Shown here one piece after another: positions 17,508 through 26,877 of a stretch of DNA of 64,000 bases (positions within the stretch are counted from its first letter, which is position 1; each line of letters opens with the position of its first letter). Below the pieces are notes generated by a model. The model was not told the origin of the DNA. It was given only the letters and a program-made list of their open reading frames with translations, and ran no database searches. Source of the stretch: an uncultured bacterium (GTDB lineage: Bacteria > Bacteroidota > Bacteroidia > Chitinophagales > Chitinophagaceae); contig CBHWDO010000012.1 in assembly GCA_966112615.1 (NCBI GenBank), positions 22,004-86,003 on the forward strand, in the 5' to 3' direction. A program made the position numbers and the translations under genes.

Positions 17508-18176
17508 ATGCCAGCGCCGGGGAAAACAATCAAACTTGCTTTGGTTGATGATCATAAATTATTTCGAAAAGGAATGATCAGCCTTATTAATTCCGTTGGA
17601 AATGAATTTGAAATTTTATTTGAAGTAGATAATGGCATCCAACTAAAAAATATTCTTTCAAAAGATAATTCTCCCGATATTATTTTGATGGATGTGAATA
17701 TGCCATTCATGAATGGTGTTGAGTGTGTTGAATGGTTAAGCCAGAACCATCCTCTTGTAAAAGTGCTCATTGTCAGTATGATTGAAAAAGAAGAAACAAT
17801 TGTTCAAATGCTGAAATTGGGTGTCAAAGGGTATATTAGCAAGGATGTTGAACCTCATGAACTGGCAGAGGCGCTTCACTCCATTGTAAATAAAGGATAT
17901 TATTTTACAGACTTTATCACCGGAAAACTGGTTCACTCTCTTCAACTTGAGAATCAAAATGGCAAGTCAAATGGTTCAGTACCATTTACAGACAGGGAAT
18001 TAAGTTTTCTGAAACTGGCCTGCACAGAAATGACTTACAACGAAATTGCCAGTTCTATGTATTTAAGTCCTAAAACCATAGACGGTTATCGTGATGCCTT
18101 ATTTGAAAAATTAAAGGTCAAAAGCAGAATAGGTCTGGTACTTTATGCAATTAAAAATGGAATAGTTCAAGTTTGA
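17508..18176 (+). CDS. NarL/LuxR-family response regulator
   Basis: It has a REC domain (LVDDH...DIILMDVNMPFMNG) and a C-terminal GerE/LuxR HTH (LSPKTIDGYRDALFEKLKV). It starts 6 nt after the kinase gene. Confidence 0.9.
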   Translation: MPAPGKTIKLALVDDHKLFRKGMISLINSVGNEFEILFEVDNGIQLKNILSKDNSPDIILMDVNMPFMNGVECVEWLSQNHPLVKVLIVSMIEKEETIVQMLKLGVKGYISKDVEPHELAEALHSIVNKGYYFTDFITGKLVHSLQLENQNGKSNGSVPFTDRELSFLKLACTEMTYNEIASSMYLSPKTIDGYRDALFEKLKVKSRIGLVLYAIKNGIVQV

Positions 18177-18511
18177 TTTGAATTACCACTCCAACCACCC
18201 AAACCCTCATTTCAATTACCTTTCATCACACTTTCACTTTCCTCATCGTACTATTTCTGCTAAAATCGCAGGATGAGAACTAGAATCATAGGCAACATCG
18301 CACTTGCCTGTTCACCTACATTGGTCTTTGGTAGCTGGTTTCCAATCTCAATGCTGATGATGACACTTGGTGGCCGACAACCCATCGTATTTTACAGCAT
18401 GGAAATATTCAACATGATCGGTTTTGCTTTAATGGCATTACTTGTACGGAGCATTCCTGATTCATTATTGATGAGCAGGACTGTCTTTGTAAGATCCAAT
18501 AATTAATAAGA

Positions 18512-19366
18512 TCAATTCTCCCACAAAGCTGCAGCTCCCACCAGTGCTGCACTTTCACCGATCTCGGCGATCTTTACAGGAATGGAAAACCCATTCTTTT
18601 CTAATGTTTCATTGAGCGATGGATTAAAGTAATTATGCGCCTTTGCAATATTTCCACCAAGCACGATCAGTTCGGCCGGATATTGTTTCAAAGTATTTGA
18701 TAAGAATTCACCAAGATCTTCACCAAATACGGCGAACACAGGCATTGCACATTGTGTGTATTTGGTCATTTGTCGAACATTCGCAAATCGTACTCGACAT
18801 AATTCTCTTGCCGTCGCCAACAGCCTTTTTGCATTGAGATATTCTTCTGCAATTCCATCCTTAAAAGGTGAATGCCAGAGATCGGCATCGATGGTTTCAC
18901 CATTATTGTAATAAGCAGAACCTAATCCTGTTCCTAATGTCAATCCAAGCACTTTATTATAACCTCTTGCAGCACCAATAAATGATTCACCAAATAAAAA
19001 TCCTGCGGCATCATTGATCATCCTGATATCTTCTGCATGCAGATCCAGTGATGATGATAACAGGTCTTTCAAATTAGCACCGTACAGGTGCTCAAATTTA
19101 TTCTGTCCTTTGATATAACAAATTCCTTCTTCATAATCCACCGGACCTGGCATTGCAAGCCCAATCTTTCCTGGCTGCAGATCTGCTCTCTTAAAGCTTT
19201 CACGGATCACAGAACTCCACTCTTCTACAATGGTTTCGGTACTTGCACCACCATCAACATCTTTTCTTACCAGGGTTCCTTCGATAATTTTTCTCTCAGA
19301 TACATCAATCAATGAAGCTGTTATATGCGATCCACCAATATCTGCTCCCAACACTATATTCGACAT
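18512..19366 (-). CDS. ROK-family sugar kinase (possible hexokinase for PUL products)
   Basis: The N-terminal ATP motif is GADIGGSHI and ROK-like glycine blocks follow (LGLTLGTGLGSA). It lies 5 nt downstream of the LacI gene. Confidence 0.7.
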   Translation of the reverse strand: MSNIVLGADIGGSHITASLIDVSERKIIEGTLVRKDVDGGASTETIVEEWSSVIRESFKRADLQPGKIGLAMPGPVDYEEGICYIKGQNKFEHLYGANLKDLLSSSLDLHAEDIRMINDAAGFLFGESFIGAARGYNKVLGLTLGTGLGSAYYNNGETIDADLWHSPFKDGIAEEYLNAKRLLATARELCRVRFANVRQMTKYTQCAMPVFAVFGEDLGEFLSNTLKQYPAELIVLGGNIAKAHNYFNPSLNETLEKNGFSIPVKIAEIGESAALVGAAALWEN

Positions 19367-19371
19367 GATTC

Positions 19372-20412
19372 TTAGCTTAATGACTTTGTTGAATTTCTTA
19401 TTATGAGCCTTGCTTCCAAAACTTCTTCCACAGGCGCTTTTTCGGTATAAGGAACCGCAATCCTTTCTAATAATATCGTGATCAACTGCTCCGCAATTCT
19501 ACTCATCGGCTGTTCAATAGCCGTGATCGAAGGTGAATTCAATTGAAACACATCATGATCATCAAAAGATATGACTGCAATATCTTTTGCTATCTTCAAT
19601 CCCATACTCCTGATCGCTTTCAATCCGCTTACACCAATATAGTTTGTTCCGAAAATGACTGCATCCAGTGAAGGCTTGCGTTTGAGATAAGCAGTGATAT
19701 GCTTCTCTATCTCCGATCCCTCTGTTGAAGCCACATAGGTTAGCTCTTTTAATTGCGTATTCAATCCGGCTTCTTTCATCGCTCTTTCATATCCATTCAA
19801 ACGCTCCTGCATCTGCCATTGCAATGAATTCAATGTTATAAAAGCGATCTCTTTATAACCCGCATCAATCAAATGTTTGGTGGCATTGTAAGTGCTCTGC
19901 TCATTGTCTATCACCACAACATCACAATCTACCCCACTCAGCTTCCTGTCGAATAATACAACCGGGTTTCCTTCGCTGATCAACGCATTGACTTCCTCTT
20001 CCATTCCCTCTGAAGGTGTAATGATATAGCCATCAACATGTCGCTCGCGATACATATTGATCAGCTCTTTGGATTTTTCCGCATCATTATCATTACTGGA
20101 ATAGATGATCTTGTAGCCACTCCGATATGCTTTGTCTTCGATCATTCTTGCAATGTTTGCAAAGAATGGATTCGAAATATCTTCGATCATCAGTGCGAGG
20201 ATATTCGTTTTACCCGTGCGCAGACTTCTTGCAAGAGAATTTGGTTTGTAACCTGTTTGCTGGATGAACTTCTCCACTTTCTTCACCACTTCTTCACTCA
20301 CACGCATTTCCTTGGCCTTTCCATTCAACACAAACGATACAGCTGTGGCAGAAATGTTCAGTTTCTGAGCAATATCTTTAATGGACATTTTCTTAGCCAC
20401 AGCTGTAATCAA
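19372..20412 (-). CDS. LacI-family transcriptional regulator
   Basis: The N-terminal HTH is MSIKDIAQKLNISATAVSFVLNG, followed by a periplasmic-binding-protein-like sugar-binding core. The true start may be the internal Met at 20388. Confidence 0.9.
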   Translation of the reverse strand: MITAVAKKMSIKDIAQKLNISATAVSFVLNGKAKEMRVSEEVVKKVEKFIQQTGYKPNSLARSLRTGKTNILALMIEDISNPFFANIARMIEDKAYRSGYKIIYSSNDNDAEKSKELINMYRERHVDGYIITPSEGMEEEVNALISEGNPVVLFDRKLSGVDCDVVVIDNEQSTYNATKHLIDAGYKEIAFITLNSLQWQMQERLNGYERAMKEAGLNTQLKELTYVASTEGSEIEKHITAYLKRKPSLDAVIFGTNYIGVSGLKAIRSMGLKIAKDIAVISFDDHDVFQLNSPSITAIEQPMSRIAEQLITILLERIAVPYTEKAPVEEVLEARLIIRNSTKSLS

Positions 20413-20424
20413 TTTGGGTTTGAA

Positions 20425-22713
20425 TTATTTCGACTCGTTGGTTAGTGAATATGGAACATCGGATGAGTTCACACCGCGATTTTTATTTGGCTGGGCCGAC
20501 ATATTGAAAAGTATCGTTCCACCTTTCAACATCTCCGGATGACTCAGCCAGTTTTTCGTCAATGGTTTTCCATTGAAACTTACGCTAATGATATACCTGT
20601 TCTTATCACTGTTCTGCGGAGCCTTAATGGATAATTTATTTCCATTTTCGAGCTGCAAGGTAATACTTTTAAACAGCGGTGCACCCATAACATATTGATT
20701 AACTCCGGGTGTTACCGGGTAGAATCCCATAGCCGAAAACACGTACCAGGCCGATGTTTGACCATTATCCTCATCCCCGCAATATCCATCCGGAGTGGCC
20801 ATATACATCCGGTTCATGGTTTCCCTTACCCAATACTGTGTTTTCCAAGGCTCCCCTGCATAATTGTACAGATAGATCATATGCTGGATCGGCTGGTTTC
20901 CATGGGCATACTGTCCCATATTCGCGATCTGCATTTCACGGATCTCATGGATCACACCACCATAATAACTGTCGTCAAATACCGGCGGAAGTTCGAAAAC
21001 TGAATCCAGCTTCTTTACAAAGTTTTGCTTGCCACCCATCAGGTTGATCAGTCCCTGCACATCATGAAACACAGACCATGAATAATGCCAGCTGTTTCCT
21101 TCGGTGAAAGCATCGCCCCATTTGAATGGATTGAATGGCGACTGGAAACTTCCATCCTTATTCTTTCCTCTCATCAATCCTGTTGAAGGATCGAAAAGAT
21201 TTTTATAATTCAAACTTCTTTTGCGATACAATTCCACTTCTTCTTTCGGCCTGTTCAATGCTTTTGCCAACTGGTAGATCGTGAAATCATCGTAAGCATA
21301 TTCCAGCGTGCGCGCCGCATTTTCATTCAAACCAATATCATAAGGAACATACCCTAATTCATTATAGTACTTCACTCCTGCCCTACCGGTTGCGGTATTC
21401 GGACCTGAATTATTTGCACCATGAAGCAATGCTTCATACAAGGTATTGATATCATATCCACGAATACCTTTGATATAAGCATCACTCACTACAGAAGCGG
21501 AGTTATTACCCACCATGATATCTGCATAACCCGGGCTCGACCATTCAGGCAACCATCCACCTTCTTTATAATCACTGATCAGTCCCTGCTGCATTTCCTT
21601 GTTGATACCGGGATAAACAAGGTTCAGGAATGGATACAATGCACGGAAAGTATCCCAAAAGCCTGTGCCCGCAAACTTGTATCCAGGCTCGGTTTTACCG
21701 GTATGCGGACTGTAATGCACGATCTTGTTGTTGGCATCCAGTTCATATAATTTATTCGGGAAGAAAAGCATGCGATACAGACAGGAATAGAATGTGCGCA
21801 TCTGGTCGATGGTACCACCTTCAGCCTTTACCTTACCCAACTCCTGGTTCCATCTTTTCTTTGCAGCATCACGTGTCTGGTCGAAACTCTGATTAGCCAG
21901 TTCACGGCTCAGGTTCAATTCAGCCTGCTCAAAACTGATGAAAGAAGTGGCAACACGCAGGTTCACTTTCTCATCTTCATTCGTTTTGAATCCAACGATC
22001 GCTCCGCTGTGATCAGCGGTCATTTCAAGCTTATCCTTCGCTGCAGTATTTCCACTCCAGGTGTATCCAACAGTGAATGGTTTATCGAAATAAATAACGA
22101 AGTAATTCTTGAAATTAGGTAATGGACCACGTGCATACTTGGTAGAGTATCCAATGATCTTTTTCTCTTCAGGGATTACTTTGATATAAGAACCTTTATC
22201 AAATGCATCTACCACAACAAATGAACTATCATTCTTCGGATAAGTGATCCTGAATTGAGCAGCTCTTTCTGTTGGTGTAATCTCAGTTGTTACATCATGA
22301 TCGGCGAGATACACACTATAATAATAAGGCTTCGAAACTTCAGCCTTGTGTGAGAACCAGCTCGCACGCTCATCCTGGTTAAATCTTGCTTTACCAGTAA
22401 GTGGCATAATAGCAAATTGTCCATAATCATTCATCCATGGAGAAGGCTGGTGTGTTTGCTTGAAACCCCTGATCTTATCAGCATCATAACGGTACATCCA
22501 TCCATCACCCATGTTTCCGGTTTGCGGACTCCAGAGATTCATACCCCAGGGCACTCCGATGGCAGGATAGGTATTACCGTTAGATAGACTTGGCTTGGAA
22601 GCCGTACCCATTAAAGGATTCACCCACTCCACAGGATCTGATACGGTATTCACCATTTGTGTGAATGCACTTTGTGCAAGCAACACGAGTAAGCCGGTCA
22701 TTAATTTTTTCAT
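20425..22713 (-). CDS. GH92 alpha-mannosidase
   Basis: It has a signal peptide and GH92 blocks (NGNTYP, SHEQA-like FISFEQA, GDEDNGQTSAWYV, GNQPIQHMIYLYNY). Confidence 0.9.
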   Translation of the reverse strand: MKKLMTGLLVLLAQSAFTQMVNTVSDPVEWVNPLMGTASKPSLSNGNTYPAIGVPWGMNLWSPQTGNMGDGWMYRYDADKIRGFKQTHQPSPWMNDYGQFAIMPLTGKARFNQDERASWFSHKAEVSKPYYYSVYLADHDVTTEITPTERAAQFRITYPKNDSSFVVVDAFDKGSYIKVIPEEKKIIGYSTKYARGPLPNFKNYFVIYFDKPFTVGYTWSGNTAAKDKLEMTADHSGAIVGFKTNEDEKVNLRVATSFISFEQAELNLSRELANQSFDQTRDAAKKRWNQELGKVKAEGGTIDQMRTFYSCLYRMLFFPNKLYELDANNKIVHYSPHTGKTEPGYKFAGTGFWDTFRALYPFLNLVYPGINKEMQQGLISDYKEGGWLPEWSSPGYADIMVGNNSASVVSDAYIKGIRGYDINTLYEALLHGANNSGPNTATGRAGVKYYNELGYVPYDIGLNENAARTLEYAYDDFTIYQLAKALNRPKEEVELYRKRSLNYKNLFDPSTGLMRGKNKDGSFQSPFNPFKWGDAFTEGNSWHYSWSVFHDVQGLINLMGGKQNFVKKLDSVFELPPVFDDSYYGGVIHEIREMQIANMGQYAHGNQPIQHMIYLYNYAGEPWKTQYWVRETMNRMYMATPDGYCGDEDNGQTSAWYVFSAMGFYPVTPGVNQYVMGAPLFKSITLQLENGNKLSIKAPQNSDKNRYIISVSFNGKPLTKNWLSHPEMLKGGTILFNMSAQPNKNRGVNSSDVPYSLTNESK

Positions 22714-22733
22714 CCTTGATTGACTTATGTTGA

Positions 22734-24995
22734 TTATAATTTTGAAACAGAAAAAGGCCTGTCTTCTTTTGAAGTGCCACGATCCTTCACAGGTGTTGCA
22801 CTCATATTCAATTTTAACGTACCCCCGTTTGTAATATCTGAATACTTCAGATAGTTTTTCGTGAAAGGATTTCCATTCAATGTGGCAGACTCAATGTACA
22901 CGTGCTTTTCATCATTCTTCGGAGCTTCGATCACGAACTTCTTTCCATCTTCCATTGTAATGGTTGTCTTCTTAAATAGTGGACTTCCCATTACGTATTC
23001 ATCAGTGCCCGGACAAACAGAATAAAATCCCAATGCACTCAAAACATACCAGGATGATGTTTGCCCCTGGTCTTCATCACCGGGATATCCATTTTCGGTG
23101 GCATTGTACAAACGCTTCATTACATTTCGTGCATGGAACTGCGCCTTCCATGGTTCACCTGCATAGTTATACAAATAAACCATATGTTGTATCGGTTGAT
23201 TTCCGTGAGCATATTGCCCCAGGTTAGCGATCTCCATTTCGGTCATCTCATGGATCCTTCCACCATAAGTTCCGACCTTAAATGTATTTGGTTCTGTGAA
23301 AACGGAATCAAGTTTTGCAGTGAATTGTTTGTCGCCACCTACAAGACCGATCAATCCATTCACATCATGGAAAACCGACCAAACCCAGTGCCATGGACTA
23401 CCTTCCGTGAAAGGACCGCCCCATTCAGTTGGATCGAAATTCTCCAGCCAGCTTCCATCGGGCTTTCGGCCGCGCATGAATCCTGTTGCAGGATCGTACA
23501 CATTCTTGTAATTGAACATCTGCTTCGCAAAAACATCTTCAAAGAATTTATTGCCGGTTGATTTTGCCAATGCATACCCGCAGAAATCATCGTAAGCATA
23601 TTCAAGTGTTTTCGCAGTGGCTTCGCGGTATTGAGGATATGGCACATAACCCAAAACATAATATTCTTTCCAGCCCTCGCGGCCATTGGCTGGCCCCCAT
23701 GGACCTTTATTGGTTGCTTCGTGGTAATATGCTTCCAGTGCTCTTTTCGGATCAAATGTGCGAATGCCTTTTGCCCATGCATCAGCAAGCAGTGAGATGG
23801 CATGGTTCCCGATCATACTTCCTGCTTCACCCGGGAATGACCAGGATGGTAGCCATCCGCATTGATCTTTGGCATCGAGCAATGCATTCATGTATTGTCC
23901 GTGCATTGTAGGATACATCAACGCATTCAATGGAAACTGCGCACGGAAAGTATCCCAGAATCCTGTGTCGGTGTACATATGGCCTTTGTAGATCTTGCCA
24001 TCGTATGGACTGCGGTAATAAGGATTACCATCAGCATCTATTTCGAAAAATTTTCTTGAGAATAAACTTGCACGGAAGAAGCAGGAATAGAATGTTGCAA
24101 GATCTTCCTGTGATCCGCCTTCCACCAATATTCTACCGAGTTGTTTGTTCCAGGTATCTGCTGCAATATCTCTTGTTTGCTCTAATGTTTTTTGTTTGCC
24201 TAACTCACGATCAAGATTTAGTTGCGCCTGTTCATGACTGATATAGGATGAAGCAACTTTTGCCTGTACTTTCACACCAGGCTTAAATTCTACATAAGCG
24301 CCAACGCCTTTCCCATCTGCTTCTGCATCACCGTTTTCAATTGAGTTCTTTCTATTCTCCCATGTACCATAACTAATGATCGGCTGATCGAACTGTATCA
24401 CGAAGTAATTCCTGATATCATTCCTCAGTTGTCTACCGTTATGTATATACCCGATGATCTTTCTTTCTGAAGGAATGACCTTCACCATACTGATTCCTGT
24501 GTATCCATCAAGCACCAGGAAATTCTTTTTTGACTTTGGATAGCTGAAACGCAGGTGTGCTCCGCGTTCTGTAGGACTGATCTCTGTCGTGATATTATTA
24601 TCGAGCTTAACCTTATAGTAATGAGGCTTTGCAATTTCGTTTGCATGAGTAAAGCCGGTTGCTCTCTTATCTTCATCCACCTGCAATGAATCAAGTACAG
24701 GCATGAGTGAAAAAACTGCATAATCATTGCTCCAGGAACTACACTGGTGCGCCTGTTGAAATCCACGGATCGTTTTTTTGAAATACTGGTATTTCCATCC
24801 GTCACCATTCTTACCGGTTTGCGGTGTCCAGGTATTCATACCAAAAGGCAATGCAGTAGTAGGATAAGTATTTCCGTATGTGATCTCGTGTTTGGAATTG
24901 GTACCCTGAAGTGTATTGACGTATTGAACCAGGTTCTGAGCATTGCTGCTATTGGCCAACAGTGTTAATCCAATTGCGATAGAAGAAATTCTCAT
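22734..24995 (-). CDS. GH92 alpha-mannosidase (paralog)
   Basis: It carries the same GH92 blocks (YGNTYP, YISHEQA, PGDEDQGQTSSWYV, GNQPIQHMVYLYNY). I chose the start at MRISSIAIG (24995). Confidence 0.9.
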   Translation of the reverse strand: MRISSIAIGLTLLANSSNAQNLVQYVNTLQGTNSKHEITYGNTYPTTALPFGMNTWTPQTGKNGDGWKYQYFKKTIRGFQQAHQCSSWSNDYAVFSLMPVLDSLQVDEDKRATGFTHANEIAKPHYYKVKLDNNITTEISPTERGAHLRFSYPKSKKNFLVLDGYTGISMVKVIPSERKIIGYIHNGRQLRNDIRNYFVIQFDQPIISYGTWENRKNSIENGDAEADGKGVGAYVEFKPGVKVQAKVASSYISHEQAQLNLDRELGKQKTLEQTRDIAADTWNKQLGRILVEGGSQEDLATFYSCFFRASLFSRKFFEIDADGNPYYRSPYDGKIYKGHMYTDTGFWDTFRAQFPLNALMYPTMHGQYMNALLDAKDQCGWLPSWSFPGEAGSMIGNHAISLLADAWAKGIRTFDPKRALEAYYHEATNKGPWGPANGREGWKEYYVLGYVPYPQYREATAKTLEYAYDDFCGYALAKSTGNKFFEDVFAKQMFNYKNVYDPATGFMRGRKPDGSWLENFDPTEWGGPFTEGSPWHWVWSVFHDVNGLIGLVGGDKQFTAKLDSVFTEPNTFKVGTYGGRIHEMTEMEIANLGQYAHGNQPIQHMVYLYNYAGEPWKAQFHARNVMKRLYNATENGYPGDEDQGQTSSWYVLSALGFYSVCPGTDEYVMGSPLFKKTTITMEDGKKFVIEAPKNDEKHVYIESATLNGNPFTKNYLKYSDITNGGTLKLNMSATPVKDRGTSKEDRPFSVSKL

Positions 24996-25053
24996 GAGCA
25001 AAAAATTTAAAAAAGCTACCTGCACTGCTGCAGGTAGCTATCACCCACAATCA

Positions 25054-26859
25054 TTACCAGCCAGTGTTCTGGACAAGCAATGGATTATTGTTTACATCTT
25101 CTTCAGGAATCGGGAAGAAGTAATGTCTTTTATTAAATACTCTTGTTTCAAATGCTTTCTTGTTATAGAAACCAGGAAGCGGGGAATCGATATCGAGTGC
25201 CATTGCAGGACCGTTATCAGTCACTTCAGCGATCTTCCATCTTCTTGTATCAAAATAACGAACGTTCTCAAAGCTAAGCTCCACCTGCCTTTCATGACGA
25301 ATAGCTTCACGCATTTCATCCTTTCCTGCAGGAATTTCCAATCCGTTTTCTCCATACTTTGAAATGCCTGCTCTTTCACGGATCATGTTCAGGTAAACAA
25401 GAATATCAGCATGCGTTGGGTTGTATTCGTTCAATGCTTCTATATAATCTAAATAAAGATTAGCGAGACGATAATGAACTTGTACACCCAGGCCAGCTCT
25501 CCAGTCGGAAGTCTTTGCACCTTTTCTTACTACATAACCGGTAGGACTGAAATCATTACTGATACCTTTTCCTGAGTTACCACGATAGTAAAGGCGAGTT
25601 ACAACTTCACCTGAGTTTGTATTGAGCCATTTGCGGTTATCGTAAGTAATGTTAGCATAGAAACGTGGCTCACGATTTACCCACTGGTTAAACACTTCTC
25701 TTTCCTGGTCATCTTCAGGAGCACGGAATTGTGAGGTACCGGTTTCAACATAACCAGAAGCAGGATCGTTGATCGCACGGCCATTGGCCATGAAGTATGC
25801 ATCAACGATACTTTGAGTAGCACCCAGTCCACCACTACCACGAACTTCAGAAGCATATCCATCATGATATGGGGTTACTTCATATCCGCGGGCATTCTCA
25901 TCATCTGTTCTTGCGAAGATCACTTCTGAATTCCATGGATCCAGAATTACATCACGAACAGAAAGGAATGGACTGAAATTACCATTACCATCATTCTTGC
26001 GATAGAGTTGATAAGTACCTGGCACGAATTCATCAATGAAAGCTTTGTATGCATCAGCTGCGCGCTTCCACTTGTTTTCATCATAAGCCTGGCTGATCAA
26101 TTGCTTACCATCAGCATTCTTCAATGCAGCATAATCTGTATTGCCATTGTACAATGGACTTGCAGCCTGCAAAAGTGCCCTGGCTTTGAACGACAGCGCA
26201 ACACCTTTTGTAATGCGTGCAATATTGTTATCATTGGATGAGCGAACAGGAAGATCAGCAGCTGCGAGTTCCAGTTCAGATACAATGAATTCAACGCACT
26301 CATCCATTGAGCTTCTTGGAAGATTGATCTCGGATGCAGGAGCATCCACAGGGATCACTGCATCACCCAATAATACTACCGGTCCATAAATACGTGTCAG
26401 GTAGAAATAATACATTGCACGCAATGCTCTTGCTTCAGCCTTGTATCTTTTCTTCTGCTCTTCATTGATATCAATATTTACTTTATCAATGTTTGCAATA
26501 AAGATGGTTGCAGAACGGATACCACGATAGTAATCTCTCCAGAATGCTTTGGTGAAGCCACTTCCGGCATCCCATGATCCAATGTTCATCGGGTTTGATT
26601 CAACGAATCCCCAGAGGTATTCTGCTTCATCAGCAGCACCAGTCCATGGACCCGAATTAGAGTTACCAACAAAACGCTGCGACCATTCTCTTGGAATGAA
26701 TGAATAAACGTTCGACAGATATTTCTCAGCGGTTGACCTGTTACGGAATGTTTCTTCCAGTGTAAGACGATCATCCGGAACCTGGTCAAGAAATTTCTTA
26801 CACCCTGCAAAGAATGCGCTGAGTGCAATTAATATGATAGGAATATGTTTCAGTTTCAT
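25054..26859 (-). CDS. SusD/RagB-family nutrient-binding outer-membrane lipoprotein
   Basis: It has a lipoprotein signal (LSAFFAGC) and SusD-like TPR-type helices. It lies immediately downstream of a SusC gene. Confidence 0.9.
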   Translation of the reverse strand: MKLKHIPIILIALSAFFAGCKKFLDQVPDDRLTLEETFRNRSTAEKYLSNVYSFIPREWSQRFVGNSNSGPWTGAADEAEYLWGFVESNPMNIGSWDAGSGFTKAFWRDYYRGIRSATIFIANIDKVNIDINEEQKKRYKAEARALRAMYYFYLTRIYGPVVLLGDAVIPVDAPASEINLPRSSMDECVEFIVSELELAAADLPVRSSNDNNIARITKGVALSFKARALLQAASPLYNGNTDYAALKNADGKQLISQAYDENKWKRAADAYKAFIDEFVPGTYQLYRKNDGNGNFSPFLSVRDVILDPWNSEVIFARTDDENARGYEVTPYHDGYASEVRGSGGLGATQSIVDAYFMANGRAINDPASGYVETGTSQFRAPEDDQEREVFNQWVNREPRFYANITYDNRKWLNTNSGEVVTRLYYRGNSGKGISNDFSPTGYVVRKGAKTSDWRAGLGVQVHYRLANLYLDYIEALNEYNPTHADILVYLNMIRERAGISKYGENGLEIPAGKDEMREAIRHERQVELSFENVRYFDTRRWKIAEVTDNGPAMALDIDSPLPGFYNKKAFETRVFNKRHYFFPIPEEDVNNNPLLVQNTGW

Positions 26860-26877
26860 AATAAGATTGTTGTTCGA

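Noticed and set aside
18273-18506. A 77-aa hydrophobic plus-strand ORF in the 335-bp gap between the LuxR regulator and the ROK kinase.
   Set aside because: It has no recognisable family, and it ends 5 nt before the stop of the convergent ROK gene (18512). It may be a gene remnant or chance ORF, and the evidence is too weak to annotate.
20695-25362. Numerous ORFs of 60-170 aa antisense to, or out of frame within, the two GH92 genes (e.g. 23061-23561, 23360-23803, 24943-25362).
   Set aside because: They are fully contained in, or antisense to, confidently identified GH92 coding sequence. Their translations have no motifs and a biased, low-complexity composition.
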